A DNA stretch of 64,000 nt from Azolla caroliniana (lineage: Eukaryota; Plantae; Polypodiophyta), in the NCBI GenBank assembly GCA_043228905.1, contig JBHGNT010000017.1, forward strand, positions 18,476,001 to 18,540,000, written 5' to 3'. Every line of letters starts with the position of its first letter. The first letter of the stretch is position 1. Made by a program: the position numbers and the translations under genes. The notes under the pieces are model-generated. The model worked only from the letters and a program-made list of their open reading frames with translations, had not been told where the DNA came from and made no database searches. Positions 63,598 to 64,000 of this stretch are shown here, piece by piece.

Positions 63598-64000
63598 ATG
63601 GCTTCAACATCTGGAACAGGAGTTGAAATCAGAAAATTCGATGGCAAAAACTTTTCCTTATGGAAGGAGATGATGCTCGGCGTGCTAATCATCAGAAGAC
63701 AAGTCCAAGCCATTTGACACAGTGAAAAACCTTCCTCAATGACAGCCGAAGAGTGGAGATCTACCATCCAAATGCATCTGGCATAAAACGTCTACTTTAG
63801 CATGACAAAAGAGATGACAACTCTCTCATTGTGGGAGAAGCTACAAGCCGTGTACAGTTTGTGTTGAACAGTTGAATTGCTATGAGAGAGACCGATCTGG
63901 CCACCTCCCACATCAGCATGTTCAGCCGATTGTTGTCAAAACTCTCCTCACAAGGGATCAACTTCGAAGAAGAAGTGAAATCTCTTGCCCTCCTATCGAG
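63598..64000 (+). pseudogene. Copia gag N-terminal fragment
   Basis: MASTSGTGVEIRKFDGKNFSLWK.. with stops; typical Tnt1-type gag start. Confidence 0.75.

Overview
Plant nuclear DNA, probably from a non-seed land plant such as a fern or lycophyte (inferred from the TE lineages and gene style only). A TE-poor gene island (~22-37 kb) holds two intact, convergent two-exon genes: an LRR-III-type receptor-like kinase with an atypical kinase domain (30140-32653, +) and nuclear PsbX (35570-34601, -). It is flanked by two nests of retrotransposons, which I rebuilt from LTR termini, PBS/PPT and target-site duplications (TSDs). Left nest: an L1-type LINE is split by an Athila/Tat-related Gypsy (4457-20280), which is itself split by a near-intact tRNA-Trp-primed Gypsy (12104-19071). 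Right nest: a Trp-primed Gypsy is split by a Copia that contains three more Copias and solo LTRs. Two systems stand out. (1) The 4457-20280 Gypsy has a tRNA-Arg-like PBS at both internal ends in inverted orientation and no polypurine tract, suggesting tRNA priming of both DNA strands. (2) A Trp-primed Gypsy family makes 4-bp TSDs centred on CpG in all four scorable insertions, has a conserved GGAUUUU slippery site plus pseudoknot after the protease, and its long LTRs carry a tRNA-like Pol III A/B-box module next to a CATGCA (RY) array. All of this was read by eye; novelty is not database-checked.
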